From the NCBI GenBank assembly GCA_002269645.1, contig NIVC01002956.1, positions 1 through 64,000 on the forward strand: DNA of 64,000 nt, given 5' to 3'. Positions 51,001 to 61,976 of this stretch are shown one piece after another (positions within the stretch are counted from its first letter, which is position 1; every line of letters begins with the position of its first letter). A program made the translations under genes and the position numbers. The DNA is from Macrostomum lignano (taxonomy: Eukaryota). The notes below the pieces were generated by a model. That model was not told where the DNA came from, did no database searches, and was given only the letters and a program-made list of their open reading frames with translations.

Positions 51001-51638
51001 CATCTTGCGAATGGCTCCGATGTCCAAGTTGATTTCCAGCATTTGCCGCCATCGGTTCGCAACTCCGTCGTCCATTGGAAACCTGTGCATTCGCACAGCC
51101 ACTCCCTCGTCCGTTAGAGATTGCGCTGTATGGGTGCAGGTGGCTGCACAGCAGCGCTTTGAGATGAATTCCATGTCAGTATGGTGATTGCAAGAAGCGT
51201 TGCTGGTGTTTTTGTCGTTCTTGCTCTGCTTGCTGGTAAAGTGCGAAGTAAAATCTTTTCTTTCTCCGTCCTGCCTTATTCCTTTAAACTCCGTATCTCG
51301 TCCCACTTGACTGCTAGCTAAAAACGAAGTCAATCGATTTCTTCGACTGTCTATGGCCAAGACCAACGTTTTTTTGGGGTGGGTGCAGATTTTACTAGTG
51401 GTTTTTACGCCTGAGAATTTCGATCCACTGCCAAGCTTGGCCATAGATAAAAGAATTGAAAGCGCCAAGGTTGTGCGTGTGTGACGCGGGCAGCTAGACC
51501 ATCATTCTCTCCAAATATTTTATGTCAACACAAAAAATAGAGCAAATATGCGCTTATGCCACTGGACAGAGAGTAGCAAATCAAACTGACGCATAAAGAT
51601 AATGCTGAGTGAACCATCTAGGGTATTTATTATCTGTG
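48081..51638 (-). mobile_element. P-element-superfamily DNA transposon (THAP + THAP9-like transposase), full length but decayed
   Basis: 32-bp TIR CACAGATAMTAAATACCMTAGATGGTTCACTC (30/32) and a perfect 8-bp TSD CTCACGAC. THAP domain (CCAATC..HRFP..W..VCSVHF) from ATG 51174. Transposase motifs LPSSSTIRR, CFDGMSL, WKQPIAY, VADQ, QKMKVSLAAQVLS and QDHVE|NLF across intron 49185-49326. At least two frameshifts and one stop. Confidence 0.93.
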
Positions 51639-51818
51639 CTCACGACTGCTTTTTCTCTCGCTTCTCACTTTTGGGAGGTTACATGCACAAAGCTTAAGTT
51701 CAGAGGCAAACATCTAGATTTTTCGTTCCTTACGCTAAGCTTAAGTTCAGAAGCAAACATCTAGCTTTTTTGTTCCTACGGAGACCTTCCAGCTTCGTAC
51801 GACTTCTTTGGGCCACGA

Positions 51819-52760
51819 TGAACGGAAGTGACGCCGAAGACGAGTTGTTTGTAAAAGTTGTCTCTCGCTACCCCGTCGTCCTCGACAAAACCAAGACGCC
51901 CGGCACAATGGAGAAGAAGAACGCAGCATTCAGCTCAATACAAAAGGACCTGGAGGATAATGGAGTAAATCTAACCTGTAAGAATTAGATCAACAAGAAA
52001 CTTTCGAACATTAAAACGCGGCTGAAAGCAAAGACGGACTTGAAGAAGACCGGAAATAAAAAGATTGTTCTGAAGAAGTGGGAAGAATCCATGCTACAGT
52101 TTTTCAACATCGAGGAAAACCCAGTTTTTTCCAAGGTCCCTGGCGCTCGTGTGTGTGGGGTTGCATCACAACTTGCTGACGACGATGAACCACAGACACC
52201 CCCGAGACCCAACTGGTGCAACGGTTCTCCACCGTCAAGAGGTGCCAAGCGGGCGGCCATCCGGCCGGCAAAGAGAGAACCGGGGGGGGGGAGGCCCGCG
52301 AACATAGTGTAAAAACTATGTTTCGTGGGCAAACCTTCCCCTATCAGAGTGGCTCTGGACCGACCACACAGAGCACCTCCCTAAACAACATCAAGGTCAA
52401 AAACCCGATGGAAATTAGTAACCATTCGGGTAATCCACGCCTACCGGCGACAAAAGGATGACAAGACAAGACAAGACAAGACCCAGCCCGAGCAGCGAGG
52501 AGTCTGATCGCCAACCCTCGACGCCTGCGAGCGTTCAATCACGGCAGCAGTCTGCGAGAGCATCCGCGCCGCGACGAGTCACCAACGAGACGACTGAGAC
52601 GATAGGACTGAGCAATGCCGAGAGCTTCAGCAAATGGTGCTACTCGAGCAGCTCAGGTATTTTCGTACGAAGTATTTTCGTTGCCTACCAACGACAGTCG
52701 CAGATGCAACAGCACACAAGCGACTTCGGGGATGCGTCTGCTTCGTATATGCAACTTTAG
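51819..52760 (+). pseudogene. Myb/SANT-like DNA-binding protein (PIF/Harbinger accessory-ORF type) with an in-frame TAG at 51986
   Basis: ELFVKVVSRYPVVLDK..EKKNAAFSSIQ...KN*INKKLSNIK..KKTGN...WEESML, with a C-terminal LQQMVLLEQL. No TIRs were resolved. Confidence 0.6.
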
Positions 52761-53575
52761 GGGCCAATATAAAGATTATTATAGGTTTTCGGACTGCTAA
52801 GCACGCTTGTTACTTGTTATTGTTAATATTGTTACTTACGTTACAGTCAAATTGTTACTTTACAATTAGTTTACGTGGTTACGACGCTTTAAATATACGA
52901 CGACAAATAAGAAAAAACAGTAAACGTTTATTGTTGTCATAACAAACGTAAAACATAGTTGTTATTTACTAACGGTAATATTATTAGCCAGGTTAGGGTC
53001 AGATTGCTATACCTTACAATTAGTTTACCTAGTAAGGAAGCTTTAAACAAACGTTGACAAATATGCTTCTGAGTGTAAGCGGTAAAAATTGCGTTAACGC
53101 GGCTACGTTAATTCGGCTCCTGCGTGAAAGCGATATCGAGTGTGTTAAAGCGGTAGAGTGCGTTAATGCGGCAGTCAGTCACTACTCACACGCCATGCCA
53201 TAGACTACCTAGTATAAAAATGTTATTAATAGCACAACGCGGCAGCTGTGCCTAGCATTTTTCCCTTAAAAGATATATATGTATTGCTTTAGCTAGTCTC
53301 AAACTGAGTCTTTCTACCATAGACAAATAATCAGTAGCTATAGCCTAGCAGCACTTTTTCTTTAATGTATATCGCATCAGCAGCAGCAGCAACAGGAACA
53401 GAAAACAGTGTGCAAGGCATAATAATGATCCATCCATTAAAAGACAGCCCGCCGTTCCAGCTCTGTAGTCAGCTTCATCGTTCAGTTAAGTCAGTTAAGT
53501 TCATCTTCAGCTAAGCACGCAAAACTGGTCGCCGCCGGCGCTAAGTTGACAGAATATTCTGCCACCATCGTCATT

Positions 53576-54088
53576 ATGCCATCTGGTGATCAACCCGTCA
53601 ACATCGTCAACGACAATGACAGTGCCAGCGGTGCAGCAACGGAGGCGGCGTCTGCGGCGGCAAGCGCGTCTTCGACTATGGCAGCGGCAGTAAGCAGCGG
53701 CGGCGCAGCGGCGGCGGCGTCGGCGACCATGTCAGCCGAGAAGGCGATCGCGGCGGGTGCCAGCGGTGTAGCGGCGGTGACGGCGGCGACAAGCGCGTCT
53801 TCGACTGCCGCAGTCAGCGTCGGCGGTGCAGCGGAGACGACGACAAAGACGACGACCATGTCAGCCAAGGAGGCGATCGCGGCGGGTGATGCCTTGGCTG
53901 TGATTACACTGCGGCATTCCTCGCTATTGGCGCAGTATTCGGCCGATGCTCCGCTGATAAAGCAGCTGTGTGTAATCCAGTCATTGTATTGGAACGATGC
54001 AACAGGCGTGCGCAACCCAGCCTATGACGGCCATCTTGACGCTCTCATTGACACCTTTTTGCTGATCTTGTCGGTCTGCTCAAAGATG

Positions 54089-54127
<39 letters not shown>

Positions 54128-55375
54128 GGCGCCGCCGACAAGAGCTGTCCAGTCGTCGAGCCGCGAGATTTAGTCTATTGCTTAGCCAACCCAACGACCG
54201 CCGCAACGGAGGTTCGAGCCACCAGCAATAGCTCCGGCACAGTTAGAAACAGGGCGCAAGCGCTAATAAAATGCATGCAGTACATGCTAGCCTACGTTGA
54301 GCACGACCGCGCGCATCTTCAATCGCTGGTGGAGCGCATGCAACTGCCGGCCGACATTGCAGCCGAGCTGGAAAACAGGTGCAAGCTGTTTCAGAAGCGG
54401 CTCAAAACTATTCGCCAGCGCCACGACCTTGAGTATAGGCTGGATGCGCCGCTGCACCACGACAGAAAGAAAGAGAAGCTGTTAACCCCGGTGGAGTGGC
54501 GCACCATCCTGGACGACTACGCCGCACTGGTCGCCTCTGGTCCAGCCGACGAGGACAGCTTTGTTAAGATGCGCAATCGATTTGCTCTGCATGCCACTGC
54601 GATGCATCCGCTGCGCGTCCGGCCATGGCGCGGTCTCCGCATAGCGCACATCCGGCCGGGTAGCGCCAGTCGGCGCGACAATCATGACAACGGCTATTCG
54701 ACCATCCGGCTGCCTGGTCGCCAGGTCAGCCATAAGAAAATAAAGTCTGTCGGCTGCAGCGTTCTCACAGTGCCGACCGCATTCATTGAGCTGCTGCTCA
54801 CCTGGCGAAACGGCCGTCATTGCAACGACATCGTCGGCGTCGCCAACTCGCCGTTTGTGCTGTGCACCAACCGAGGTGAGCGGATGTCCGTTTCCACCTT
54901 CAGCCAGGCGGTTGTCGATCATGCCAAAGCTATACTCGGTCGTTCCGGCGTCTGCCCGAATATTTTTCGGAGCTCCAAGCAGGACATTGTGGCTGGCGGG
55001 CGGCCGGAGTTGGTTGATCAGTCAGCGGCGCTATTTGAAACCTCTGTGCCAATGTTGATGCGCCACTACGCGGCCAACGCCATGCTGAACAATCGGACGG
55101 TCGTTCAAGCCACCGTCGCAAGCTGGTACTTCAGCGAGCATCGTCAGCCAAACCTTCAGCGAGCATCCGCCCCGGCGACAGTATCACCTTCACTGCTCGA
55201 GAGTCGAGACAAAGAATCGTCGTCGGGGATCATGTCGATGGGCGTTCTATCACAACCAGTAACACAGATGGAGCGTCAGCGACGCCAATCGAAGCGCAAA
55301 GCGGCTACCGAGGCCAGTCGCTCCCTGCTGCAGCAGCAACAACAAACGAAGAGGAAGAAGACGACAATCAGTTAG
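53576..55375 (+). CDS. Divergent tyrosine-recombinase-like protein (599 aa from the first ATG), copy 1
   Basis: Uninterrupted ORF with a low-complexity N-terminus and a helical core. The YR-like motif order follows: HPLRVRPWRGLRI (Arg box I), SHKK (Lys), PFVLCTNRGERMS, CPNIFRSS (box II Arg), LFETSVPMLMRHY (Tyr). Confidence 0.7.
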
Positions 55376-55869
55376 AGTGCTGCACCGACGTCTGGCATTC
55401 TGTGTCAGACGCAACGGCGGTGAGAGAATATATACCAGACTATAGCATGCCAGACTCAGAGTTGTTGTTTTAGCAGTAGCAGCAGCAGAAATACCAAAAT
55501 TATGACGAGAGCACAATTATACCCCTAGAAATATATATATTCATTTATTGCATATTAATCATGGTGTTGCGTGAGATGACCTGCAGATCGCAACTAAATA
55601 GCTAGTAAAAAAACTAACACGTACAGCAGTAGTAGCTCATCTAATTGACTATAATTCTGAAACGGATAATAATTTGTGCTCGGCATAATTTTGGGATCGA
55701 TCGATTGATTGATTATGCGCAGGTACCGCACGCATCCAACCCAGGCTGTCAAAACCCGCGGATTATAGCAACCTTACCAATAGTTTATGTCATTGATGAT
55801 TTAATGTCTAACTTTAATCGTCGGTACAATAGCTGTGACAATATTGCGACAAAGCTATAATGTAAATTG

Positions 55870-56225
55870 TCCTTCTCTTCCTCCTCCAGCTTCCTCAGCA
55901 TTTTCCTGACTCTGATGGCCAAGGTTTTCTGCTCAAGCCCTTAATAGCCTGTAGAGTGCTCTGACTGTCGCTAATGATCACGGTGCTTTCTCCTTTGCTG
56001 GTGCGCCCTTCGAGCCAATTTAGGCCAGCTTGACCACGTAGAGTTCCGCTTGCGTTTATGAGCAGGGCGCTCCCGCGGCTTGGTGGATGATCGCTTTGAG
56101 CGAGATTCTTTAGAGTGTAAATACAAAAAACTCGCTCGTTCGACGTTGTGTCCGAGTTTTGGCGCTCTTTGACCGCCCCCAGATGAAGCGGCTACCCTCC
56201 GCGACGTAGACGAGGTGCCAAGTGT
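55870..56225 (-). pseudogene. Decayed RNase H fragment of a non-LTR retrotransposon
   Basis: Across stops and frameshifts it reads LVYVAEGS..., CS*TQAELYVVKL(A)LNWLE and STVIISDSQSTLQAIKGL. Confidence 0.55.
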
Positions 56226-57212
56226 TGTTGTTTTTGTTTTTGTTGTTGCTTTTGGTTGTTGTTACTGTTGTACCTAACCGGTAGCTAGCTCACTCCCTCT
56301 GGAAAATAAACCAGATAACACCACAAGATAATTTGCGAATCTTGTCAGATTCACTATACTTCCAATGCTTGTTTAGGGTGCGAAACTGGTAAAACCACCA
56401 GATTCGTTACCAGGTAATTTTAATGTTATCTGGTTTGACTCTAATCTGGTGAGCAATCCGAATTTTACCAAATAACAAGGTCCGAATCATGACAAGACAA
56501 GATTCGAAAGTTAGGGATAAAATAAGAGTGCTTCCGATGGAAGGCTGTCATACTTAATGACATAACAAGCTACCCCGGCAAGCTATCCCTGGAATCCACC
56601 TAGTCAGTGGCGCTAAACCTCTGCATTAAATAAAGGACTTGTTGAAACTGTATTGCTCGTAATGTGAGGTCGCAACCATCCTTTGTATACACTACTAATT
56701 TGCATTTAGTGCAAGGTAGTTGCATTATTGTGTACAAAGGTTTGACTCCCGTTGGCATGTAGTCTGTGTACTGTACCATACAACAAATGAGGATGCCTTT
56801 TGGATGTGTTGCACTCAGACTATTCTAATTACTTCTGAAGCATCCTATTGTTGTGCAGCGCCCTTTCAGTCTACCCTGCCCTTCTGTTGCCCCTTGTTTT
56901 TGTTTTCGTGTTTTCCTGCTGCGCCGCCCCGTCCACCGTCTCGCGCCCTTGCCGGGGTTTATGAGGCGTAAGCTTCTACCATGGCCTAGTCTTTTCTGCA
57001 CCCAGTCCCCTTTCCACTCTGTGCGCTTGCCCTACCCCTCCCTCTTTGCCCCGCCCCACCCTGGGCCTCTCGCATTGACTGGCGGGCTGATAAGCTGCCT
57101 TAAGCCCCAGGGTTTGGCTTGCCCCTCTCCTTTCTACCCCCCCCCCTGGTGTACAGTATTCTATTTAAGTTCTCGCCCTGCCCATTCGGCACTTCACTGC
57201 TTGTCTGCGATT

Positions 57213-57370
57213 TGCGCTCTACTGCTTGTCTGTTCTGCGCTCTACTGCTTGTCTGTTCTGCGCTCTACTGCTTGTCTGTTCTGCGCTCCACTGTTTTCCG
57301 CGTTCTGCGCCCCACTGTTTGTCTGTTTGTCTGCGTTCTGCGTCCATTGCTGTTTGCGCTGCTCTGCGTT
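57213..57370. repeat. 23-bp tandem repeat (TGCGCTCTACTGCTTGTCTGTTC)n
   Basis: About 4 good units, then degenerate ones. Confidence 0.85.
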
Positions 57371-57879
57371 TGGTCGGCCAAATATACGCTTCGTCAAGCT
57401 GTTAAATCGATGACTAGGAGTAAGCTCGCGCTTCTTTCTTCTGGGTTGCCGCGAGGGGCCGGTGGGATTGAGTAGGAACCTGAGGTCGGCGAACTCTCGC
57501 TAGTCCCAGGGTGATCGGCCAGGGCGAAATCTCGCCGGGTCGGTCAGGGTCGCGTAGGCATAGCCAGGGTTGGGGCTGGGACCTTGGGTGTCTCCGGCGG
57601 GAGGACCCGCTCCCCATCCCGTCCGTCGGTCATTAGGCCAAGACACAAACTATGTATATTGTTTTGTACAGCTGGGTGTCTTAGCCGAAATCTGTAGCAT
57701 AGTTCCAATTATGTTCCAGCAGGCCCAGTGAGTTAAACACAGATTATCCTATTAAGGCAGACGCTATCTAGTCTTCAGTCTGGGCATGCAAGTCTGGGCA
57801 TGCTCATGGGTTGTCTAAAGTGAATGGAACTTCCAAGTTAAAACAGGGGCAAAAATTCAAAAGAATGTGCAATACTTAA

Positions 57880-58115
57880 TCCGCAGGGTAATAAAGCCTC
57901 GCTTTGATAGAATATTCACTTTTATTTGACTACGCGGGTCAAACTTTATTCCGAGGGGTAATAATAAAGTCCCGCCATGATGAGAGTAGTCACTTTTATT
58001 TGACTACGCGGCCAATCTTTAATCCGAGGGGTAATAATAAAGTCCCGCCATGATGAGAGTAGTCACTTTTATTTGACTACGCGGGCCAATCTTTAATGCG
58101 AGGGGTAATAAAGCT
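57880..58115. repeat. 73-74-bp tandem repeat (~3 units)
   Basis: CACTTTTATTTGACTACGCGG...CCGAGGGGTAATAATAAAGTCCCGCCATGATGAGAGTAGT starts at 57917, 57991 and 58064. Confidence 0.88.
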
Positions 58116-58679
58116 TCGATCAAGTCTAGAACAGTTGATACAGAATACGAGGTGGATGGGTAAAAGCCAAAGCCGGTCCCAAGCCCGGTTGAAAATGCAC
58201 AATAATATTACTGTATGTTACAACAGTACACATCAATCTTTAAATTGCTTGCATTTTTAAACTACTTAACCGTCGCCAACGGTGCCATCTGCCCTTATAA
58301 CCTATGTAGTCATACATTCTGCATATTTTAGCTACAGTTTTACTTAAATAGTCTTTTTATTACTTTAGTCGTACTATTATCAGTTGTATGTGCATCACAT
58401 TACTTACAATACAGTGAGTTCAATCCGACGATAAATGTATCCTGCAATTTCAGCGTCTGCAATCTACTGCAAAACGCAGTTGACCAATGAAAATTTAAAC
58501 AGCTTAGCCATGCAGCTGCACTAGAATCTTCTAATGATGGTCCGTGTAACTCGACCACATCAGGCATTTGCACAGCAAAACAGCCGAAAGAGCCTGACAG
58601 AGCTTAACAAAACCTGCTGACCAATACCGAGCCGATCACTGTTTGAAGCGGCCCAGAGCGTTGGCTGTTCAAACATGAG

Positions 58680-59530
58680 AATTTATGGCCGTCTACAGCA
58701 CAGGGCTGCTGTACGTCGACGGTGACATCGTTGACGACGAGACAATCACAGCCGCAGCAGCAGCGCACACAACTTCCAGCCAGGATCTGCAGAGCTAATA
58801 CGCTTGCAGATGGCGTGTGTCGAGTCCGTCGTCTGGGCGCTAGCCACAATTGTAGACGCAGGCGACGAAGACGGCATGCCATTCGATACCGTCTAACGGC
58901 GCTTCTCAATGCTAACTGGCCGGCCGTTAACTGACGCTATTCGCGGTGTTAGTGCGACGATGGCCGACCGCGACATCCGCAGATTCGTAGGCGTGCACCG
59001 GTGTCACCGGTCAGATTCAGCGCCACGCGCCTTTTGCGCCCCGTCAGAGTCCGGAAGGCCGTCCCCACTACGCGGCTCATCACGTCTGGGCCGGCTGCAG
59101 TGATGGACCTAACGGCGTCGTTGACAGCGGCCTGCTGCCACTCGTCTAGAAGGCGCTCAGACGCGTCTTCAGCGTCGCCTGTGGGCCACCGGTTTCTGCG
59201 GAGTCGCTCGATGTTGAGCCTGCGCTTGCTTGATGGTCGGGTCGCTCTGCCAGACAGGCAGCAATTTTTTCGCTGGCCGCATCAGCGGAACCGTTTGCTC
59301 CACAGCGGCTCCAACGACGGTGCTGATGTCGGAATATTCCGCCTCGCGCTGGTCTCCAAGCGCGCCTACGAAGGCGCCCGCGAATTGACGCTTGACGCGG
59401 GTGTCCAACAGAGCGCGATAGTAGCGCCGTGGCCGCTGCTTTGGCGGTCGGTAGAGCTGGTCGCGGAGCCGCAAGTCGCCGAGCAGAAGTCGGTGGTCTG
59501 ACTGGAGAGTCAGCGGAGCCATTGTGTCGC
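58680..59530. pseudogene. GC-rich decayed coding-like segment of unknown origin
   Basis: Coding-like composition in an AT-rich context, broken by stops and frameshifts on both strands. No family could be assigned with confidence. Confidence 0.35.
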
Positions 59531-60757
59531 AGATGGTGACTGTAATGTGAGCATCTTATGTAAATTGCCTTCAATTGTCATTAATTATTAATTGTGTTTC
59601 CATTCTATTTTTAGTCAGGTTTTTCAAAGTGCTTTTACAAGTTTATTATAGTAAACAGGTCGGAAAAGCTAGACGCATTTCCAAGCCAGTGTGGCTCTGG
59701 CTTGGCAAACTTGCCAATGTACTCCGGCTTTGCGTGGCCAGGCAATCAGGACCGGCCTGGACCCCTGGCATGCGGCAAACCAGTTCTACCCGGCTTGAGA
59801 GCGCGCCGCAGGATCAGTGCAATTTGGATTATCGAGCGGCCAGCCAGACACCCACCACCCGGCTTGAGGGGGGGAGGGGTTGGAGAGACTATGAAAGTAT
59901 GTTTTGGCGGTCGGATCTTACTTTTGGTTTTGGCCTGGCTTCGTTCTTATCTCCCGGCCGTTTTGCCATCTGCCGCGCTTTGAGGAGCTTTTATTGAGTC
60001 GAGCCCCGGCCTCCTTTTTTGTTTCCGCTGCCCGACCGCAATAGCATTGCCGGCGTAACAATCGCGACAACCTTGTTCAGAGTTTGTCGCCGGCAAGCGT
60101 GGTCAAGATAGGAACTGTCGGTTTGACGTAGTACGCGACCTCGATTCTGAGGGCCCCAGTGTTTCACTGAAAGGCATACCTGGTAGAATTTGGCCAGGGA
60201 TTCGCTGAACTGTCCGGCCGTCAGTGTCCTCGTCTGAGAGTAGGACCTTGGGATTTAGGCCAGTGGTGTTAGGGAGCTTCTCCGTTAGTCTTGTGCTCCT
60301 GGTTTCATCTTTTCACTTCTTCCAGTGCTGAGATCCGCTCACCAATTTGTGATAATTATTTTATTTTAACCTACAGATATGATGGTTCACACTAAATTCC
60401 TAGGCTCCTTCTTTTCTAGTGGAACGATAGTCTATGGCCAACCTCACTAAAAAACTAAGCCTGAGAACTCAAAACGAGGCCTGTTAACCGGTTAACAGGC
60501 CTAAGAACAAGGCCTGAGAATATTTTAGAACGACTATAATTTGTCAGTTAGTCCATTAGAAGTATAAACTATCAACAGCAGTAAAGACCGATTCATTCTT
60601 GCCGATTTACTCGAACATGATTTTTACGCTGTTGGTGTCACCGTGGACAGTCATGCGCATCTTCTTGGTAGTACCCTCAGACACGACTGGTCCGCCCATT
60701 GGACTCCATCGTCTCTAGCCAGTCCAGCCCGATGCAACCTGCTGGCACAAGTCTTCC

Positions 60758-61420
60758 TTAGAGACTGGTTTGAGAATTTACCATCCGTAGACACGGGTTT
60801 GGTGATATTCGCCACAATTGGAGTCGAGAGTATGCCGGCCGATAGGTAGACACAGATAGACCGCAGGCGTCTCCATGAAGCAGTTTGGTTTGCCTCTCCT
60901 GAAACCAGTCATCAAATTGCTTTAGTGCCCATCGTTCCTTCCAGCGTGTTGATTCCGGCACAGCAGCGTCAATCCTTTTAGCAACCTCGTTATCGGACAG
61001 TAAAGCAAATCTAGAAGCCTCGTTTTCTCTCAGTTCAATGTCATTCACCAGTCGAAAGCGAGTTCCAAGTCGGGTTCCATGATTCTCAGTTCTCTCTGAT
61101 TTCCTCTAGCTGCCCAAACCTTTCCTTTCTCGCTTTTAATTTAAGCATCGAACCTTTTACTTTAATTTTTGTCTATGGTTAAATGTGGGGGGCCCACACC
61201 CCCGCTTTTGACGAATACCTCTCTCCCACTCCCAGTCGCTTCCAATATCTGTAGATTAAGTACGATCTTCGTCTGTTCTTTTGGTGTCTATGGCAGAAAG
61301 ACCTCGGACGCAATTCTAAGGCCTCGGCTTCGCCTCGGCCTGAGAACAGCGTCCTCGGCCTTTCTCTGCCAAAGGAACCAAAAGAACAGACAAAGATTAT
61401 ATACATCATTTGTCAAGTGT
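60758..61420 (-). mobile_element. Crypton-like element end with an N-terminal recombinase fragment
   Basis: ORF 61048-60758 reads SRFALLSDNEVAKRIDAAVPESTRWKERWALKQFDDWFQER, like Crypton/DUF3504-type N-termini (RF..S...........P.ST....WA...F..W). The hairpin CCTCGGCTTCGCCTCGGCC lies upstream at ~61322-61340. Confidence 0.6.
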
Positions 61421-61976
61421 TAAATTGCGAATTGCGTTATTTCAATCCGTGTATATTTGGAGTTAATTAAATTAAAGGATTCAATTCAAGTCTCTGTCAG
61501 TCATTCTGTCAGATTAGGAACACCACTCAATCTAAATCTATCTGGAATTGCATTCAACCGTGTTATTCATTTTCTTGTACCGTATCTGCGACTATTGAAG
61601 AAAGCTTGGTAGGATTCGCCGACCGGCGATAGACAAATAGGACTAATAGCTTTAAAATCTCCAATTGCTCCAGTAGGTTTGTCTAGGGCCCAAACTATCT
61701 GCCGTATCGCAATATATCAAATATTATAGTTAGCCTAGGCGTGTTGAAACGGGGTGAAACGCACAGCATCCCGCCCGCTGCAATAATCTATTGGCCAACT
61801 TCAATAAGTAAAAAAACTCGTATGCATATAAGTATCTAGTTACTGTTTCTACAACTTGTATATTTTAAAAGTAAAGCTTAGTGCTGCTTAATAATTCTTA
61901 GTGTAATTATCCTGCCTCCTTTCCAGCAAACTGCAGCACTCGAATTTAAAAGAATTAATTTGCTTTTAACGCAACT

